A DNA stretch of 27,479 nt from Haliangiales bacterium (GTDB taxonomy: Bacteria; Myxococcota_A; Polyangia; Haliangiales; SHYZ01), in the NCBI GenBank assembly GCA_035259575.1, contig DATFWE010000262.1, forward strand, positions 1 to 27,479. Reading direction: 5' to 3'. Of the stretch, positions 25,017-27,479 are shown piece after piece. Position 1 is the first letter of the stretch; every line of letters begins with the position of its first letter. The notes below the pieces were generated by a model, which worked only from the letters and a program-made list of their open reading frames with translations, was not told the DNA's origin and did not search any database. The position numbers were made by a program, and so were the translations under genes.

Positions 25017-25645
25017 GGTTCTTCCTCGCGCGCCACGGCGAGACGGAGTGGAACCGCGCCGGACGGATGCAGGGCCGCCACGGCGGCAAGCTCACCGACA
25101 AGGGGATCGCTCAGGCCCACGCGCTCGGCGGCGCGGCGCGCCGGCTGGGCGTCGCCCGCGTGGTCACGAGCGCGCTCGATCGAGCCGTCGAGACCGCGCG
25201 CATCGTCGCCGACGCGGCGGGGTGCCCCCTCCTCGCCTGCGACGCGCTGGTGGAGACCGATTTCGGCGCCTGCGCCGGCCTCACCGAAGCGGAGATAGCG
25301 GCGCGGTTCCCCGACCTGCGCGCCGAGCGCGAGCGCGACAAGTGGCGCCATCGCTGGCCCGGCGGCGAGAGCTACGCCGACATGGCCGAGCGGGTGTGGC
25401 AGGCCGGTCCGCTCATCCGCGAGGCCGACGCGCTCGTCGTCGCCCACCAGTCGATGAACCGCGTCCTCGCGCACGTGTTCGCCCCCGCGGCGGTGGCGGA
25501 CGTCCTGCGCATGGCCCAGCCCTCCGACGTGCTGCTCCGCCTCGACGGCAGCGGCGCCGCCGCGCACGCCCAGGTCCCCGGATCCGGCGACGCGCTCGCC
25601 TGGCAGGACGGCCTGTACTTCGGCGGTGCGGTCCGGTTGAACTGA
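25013..25645 (+). CDS. Histidine phosphatase superfamily protein (phosphoglycerate-mutase-like branch)
   Basis: MRFFLARHGETEWN carries the RHG catalytic motif, with a downstream His in ALVVAHQSMNR. The ATG overlaps the upstream stop (ATGA). Confidence 0.8.
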   Translation: MRFFLARHGETEWNRAGRMQGRHGGKLTDKGIAQAHALGGAARRLGVARVVTSALDRAVETARIVADAAGCPLLACDALVETDFGACAGLTEAEIAARFPDLRAERERDKWRHRWPGGESYADMAERVWQAGPLIREADALVVAHQSMNRVLAHVFAPAAVADVLRMAQPSDVLLRLDGSGAAAHAQVPGSGDALAWQDGLYFGGAVRLN

Positions 25646-27469
25646 TCAGAACGCGACCGGCTCGAGCCGCACGTCCGCGAGCTCGAACGACGCGGCGCCC
25701 GCCTCCGGCGGAAGCGCGAACACGACCTCGACGTGGCTTGCCGGGCCGGGTTTGCGGCCGACGAGCGGGGGGACGAGCCCGACGTGGACGAGCTCGCGCC
25801 ATTCGCGGTCGAGCGCGACGAGCTGCGCCTGGGTGCCCATGCCGGGCCTTCCGTCGTCGAGCTGGAGATAGAGGTAGACGAGCAGGGATGCGCGCTCGGC
25901 GCTGCGCGCGCGGAAGCGCAGGCGGGCGAGCGATCCGGCGCACGCGGCCGCGTCGGGCACGCGCGCGAGGAACAGCATCGGGCCGTCGCCGGCGCGCCTC
26001 CGCCGGACGGAGGCCGACGGCCCGGCCTCGCCGTCGGCGCGGCGGACCTCGCCGATCCCCCCCGAGAAGTCGAGGAAGTGCCAGCCGTCGGGGCCCTCCT
26101 GCCCCACCCACAGCGGGCCGGGGCCGCGCGACCAGGCGGCGAAGTCGCCGTTCGGCACGACGCCGCGCAGCTTGCGCGCGGACAGTTCGTCGAGGTTGCG
26201 AAACAACAGCGCCGCCAGCTCGTCGACCGGGGCGATCGGGTCGAAGAAATCGAGCCCGCACCGGCCGGCGCGGGCCCGCTCGACGCCGCGCTCTAGGAAG
26301 GGGACGAGCCAGCCGGGCGTCCGGCACAGCTCGAGCGGCACGAAGTAATGGGTGGCGAGCCAGGCCAGCGCTCGGTCCGTGCGCGGGTCTGCGCGCGGCA
26401 GCGTCGCGGGGAAGCGGTCGAGGCCGACGTGGGCGGCGAACGGGGCGAGATGGCTCGTGCCGATCGCGAACAGCGGCCGCTCGAAGAACAGCGCCTGGAA
26501 CGCCAGCGAGCTCGACACCGACACGACGAAGTCGGCGTGGTGGACGAGGTACTGCCCTGCGCTCTCGGCGGCGCGGAAATCGACGAGCGTCACGCGCGGA
26601 TGGCGCTCCGCCAGGTAGTCGCGCGTCTCCTCGTCGAGGAAATCGCCCAGCCAGTGAGCCGTGGGGTGCTCGACCACGATCAGCCCGACGTCGGGGGGAA
26701 GCTTTTCCATCACGTGAAACAGGTACTCGCCCTGGTTGCGGAACGGGGCGTTCGCGTCGAAGCCCGACTCCCCGCCGAATTGCAGGGGCAGAAATCCGAG
26801 GCGCGCGTGGCGAGCGCGCAGCTCGCGCTCGAGCGCGGCGAACGGCGTGGTCGCCGCGAAGTACGCTGAGAAGCGGCGGCGGAGCTCGGCGAGGAGGTCG
26901 CGCTCGCCGCCGCCGGGCTCGCGGGCAAAAAGCTCCGCCGCGCGCGCCGCGGGCACCGATCGATCCCACAGCCCGGCGGGATCGAAGAACAGGCACATCG
27001 GGTAGGGGGCGCGCGAATAGGCGGCGGTCTCGGTGGCGAGGTGGAGCGCGCGCGGGTAGGCGGCGCGCAGCTGGGCGGCGGGCGTGAGGGACAGGACCAC
27101 GTCTGGCTCGAACTCGCCGACGGCCGCGCGCACGAGCGCGGCGTAGGCCTCGACCTGGGCGGGCGCGAAGCTTCCCCGGTGAAGCCCGGCGAGGATGGCG
27201 ACGTTGGGGGCGTCGAACGTAGCGCGAATCGCTTCCTGCCCAAGGACGACCACGTCGGTCGGGGCGAGCCCGTGCCCCGCGCGCGCGCCCGCGCCGGCGT
27301 CGCGCGGCGCCGTGGCGCGCCCCGCCAGCGCATCGTTCGTCACCACCCGGACGCGGCCGCCCGCGGCGCCGATCGCGCGCGCCATGTCGGCGAAGAACCC
27401 GAGCCACGCCCAGTAGTGGAACGGCCGCCCGTGCATGACCAGCGGCTCGACGAAGAACAGGACGTCCAC
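25646..27469 (-). CDS. KpsS/KpsC-like capsule-polysaccharide biosynthesis protein family (beta-Kdo glycosyltransferase family); the 5' end may extend beyond the window
   Basis: VLFFVEPLVMHGRPF resembles LLLQGPMGPFF. GLIVVEHPTAHWLG resembles LVIKHHPMDRG. FVVSVSSSLAFQALFFERPLFAIGTSHLA resembles VVTINSTAGISALIHNKPLKVMGNALY. The comparison KpsS sequence is recalled from memory and not verified. The frame remains open upstream of the annotated GTG to the window edge. Confidence 0.55.
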   Translation of the reverse strand: MDVLFFVEPLVMHGRPFHYWAWLGFFADMARAIGAAGGRVRVVTNDALAGRATAPRDAGAGARAGHGLAPTDVVVLGQEAIRATFDAPNVAILAGLHRGSFAPAQVEAYAALVRAAVGEFEPDVVLSLTPAAQLRAAYPRALHLATETAAYSRAPYPMCLFFDPAGLWDRSVPAARAAELFAREPGGGERDLLAELRRRFSAYFAATTPFAALERELRARHARLGFLPLQFGGESGFDANAPFRNQGEYLFHVMEKLPPDVGLIVVEHPTAHWLGDFLDEETRDYLAERHPRVTLVDFRAAESAGQYLVHHADFVVSVSSSLAFQALFFERPLFAIGTSHLAPFAAHVGLDRFPATLPRADPRTDRALAWLATHYFVPLELCRTPGWLVPFLERGVERARAGRCGLDFFDPIAPVDELAALLFRNLDELSARKLRGVVPNGDFAAWSRGPGPLWVGQEGPDGWHFLDFSGGIGEVRRADGEAGPSASVRRRRAGDGPMLFLARVPDAAACAGSLARLRFRARSAERASLLVYLYLQLDDGRPGMGTQAQLVALDREWRELVHVGLVPPLVGRKPGPASHVEVVFALPPEAGAASFELADVRLEPVAF

Positions 27470-27479
27470 GCGGCGATTG

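Noticed and set aside
1-27479. CRISPR arrays, tandem repeats, IS elements, tRNA/rRNA
   Set aside because: No repeated spacer-repeat periodicity, terminal inverted repeats, transposase-like ORFs or tRNA-like cloverleaf segments were found. All intergenic regions are under 125 nt.

Overview
This is a densely packed, very GC-rich (~70%+) bacterial window with strong third-position GC bias. Long Arg/Gly/Ala-rich frames on the opposite strand or off-frame are artefacts. No rRNA, tRNA, CRISPR array, IS element or convincing intrinsic terminator was seen. I call 27 protein-coding genes. Many are joined by ATGA/GTGA start-stop overlaps, which suggests translationally coupled operons.

1. Coordinates 1-7043, + strand: a biosynthetic cassette. 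It comprises:
- the C-terminal part of a type I PKS/FAS-like megasynthase, running off the 5' edge, with an acyltransferase (GHSIGE), a PKS-type double-hotdog dehydratase (HGPAYQGV, LLDNAGQ) and an in-cis Sfp-type phosphopantetheinyl transferase (GIDVE, WTAKEAVGKA);
- an overlapping discrete acyl carrier protein (DLELESIEF);
- two tandem paralogous alpha/beta hydrolases;
- a GT1 UDP-glycosyltransferase (HGGHNTVCEAL...PLVVTPIKDDQ);
- a hexapeptide-repeat (left-handed beta-helix) protein.
This looks like a glycosylated polyketide or glycolipid pathway.

2. Coordinates 7054-9602, - strand: a lipoprotein S41 peptidase between two small exported or membrane ORFs. One of them (38 aa, strong GGAGG) is not in the ORF track.

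3. Coordinates 9676-13374, + strand: a coupled operon of a 2OG-Fe(II) oxygenase, a SAM methyltransferase, a polytopic-membrane::TcmP/LCM-like methyltransferase fusion and a third alpha/beta hydrolase paralog. It converges on a class II (Ntn, MCELLG) glutamine amidotransferase.

4. Coordinates 14175-22264: an HExxH membrane protein, an SPFH/band-7 protein, a lipoprotein fusing a YVTN beta-propeller to a di-haem cytochrome c peroxidase/MauG-like domain (two CxxCH), a pirin, an SDR whose catalytic Tyr is replaced by Phe, and an EndoIII-like [4Fe-4S] glycosylase.

5. Coordinates 22275-27469: an HTH regulator with a CTGACGTCAG palindromic operator, divergent from an RraA-like, NeuB-like (PEP-condensing ulosonic acid synthase) and CMP-sugar cytidylyltransferase operon that ends in a histidine phosphatase. 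This operon converges on a KpsS/KpsC-like (beta-Kdo-transferase family) protein. Together these suggest an uncharacterised CMP-ulosonic-acid and glycolipid-linker system.

All functional calls come from motif recognition by eye. No database search was possible.
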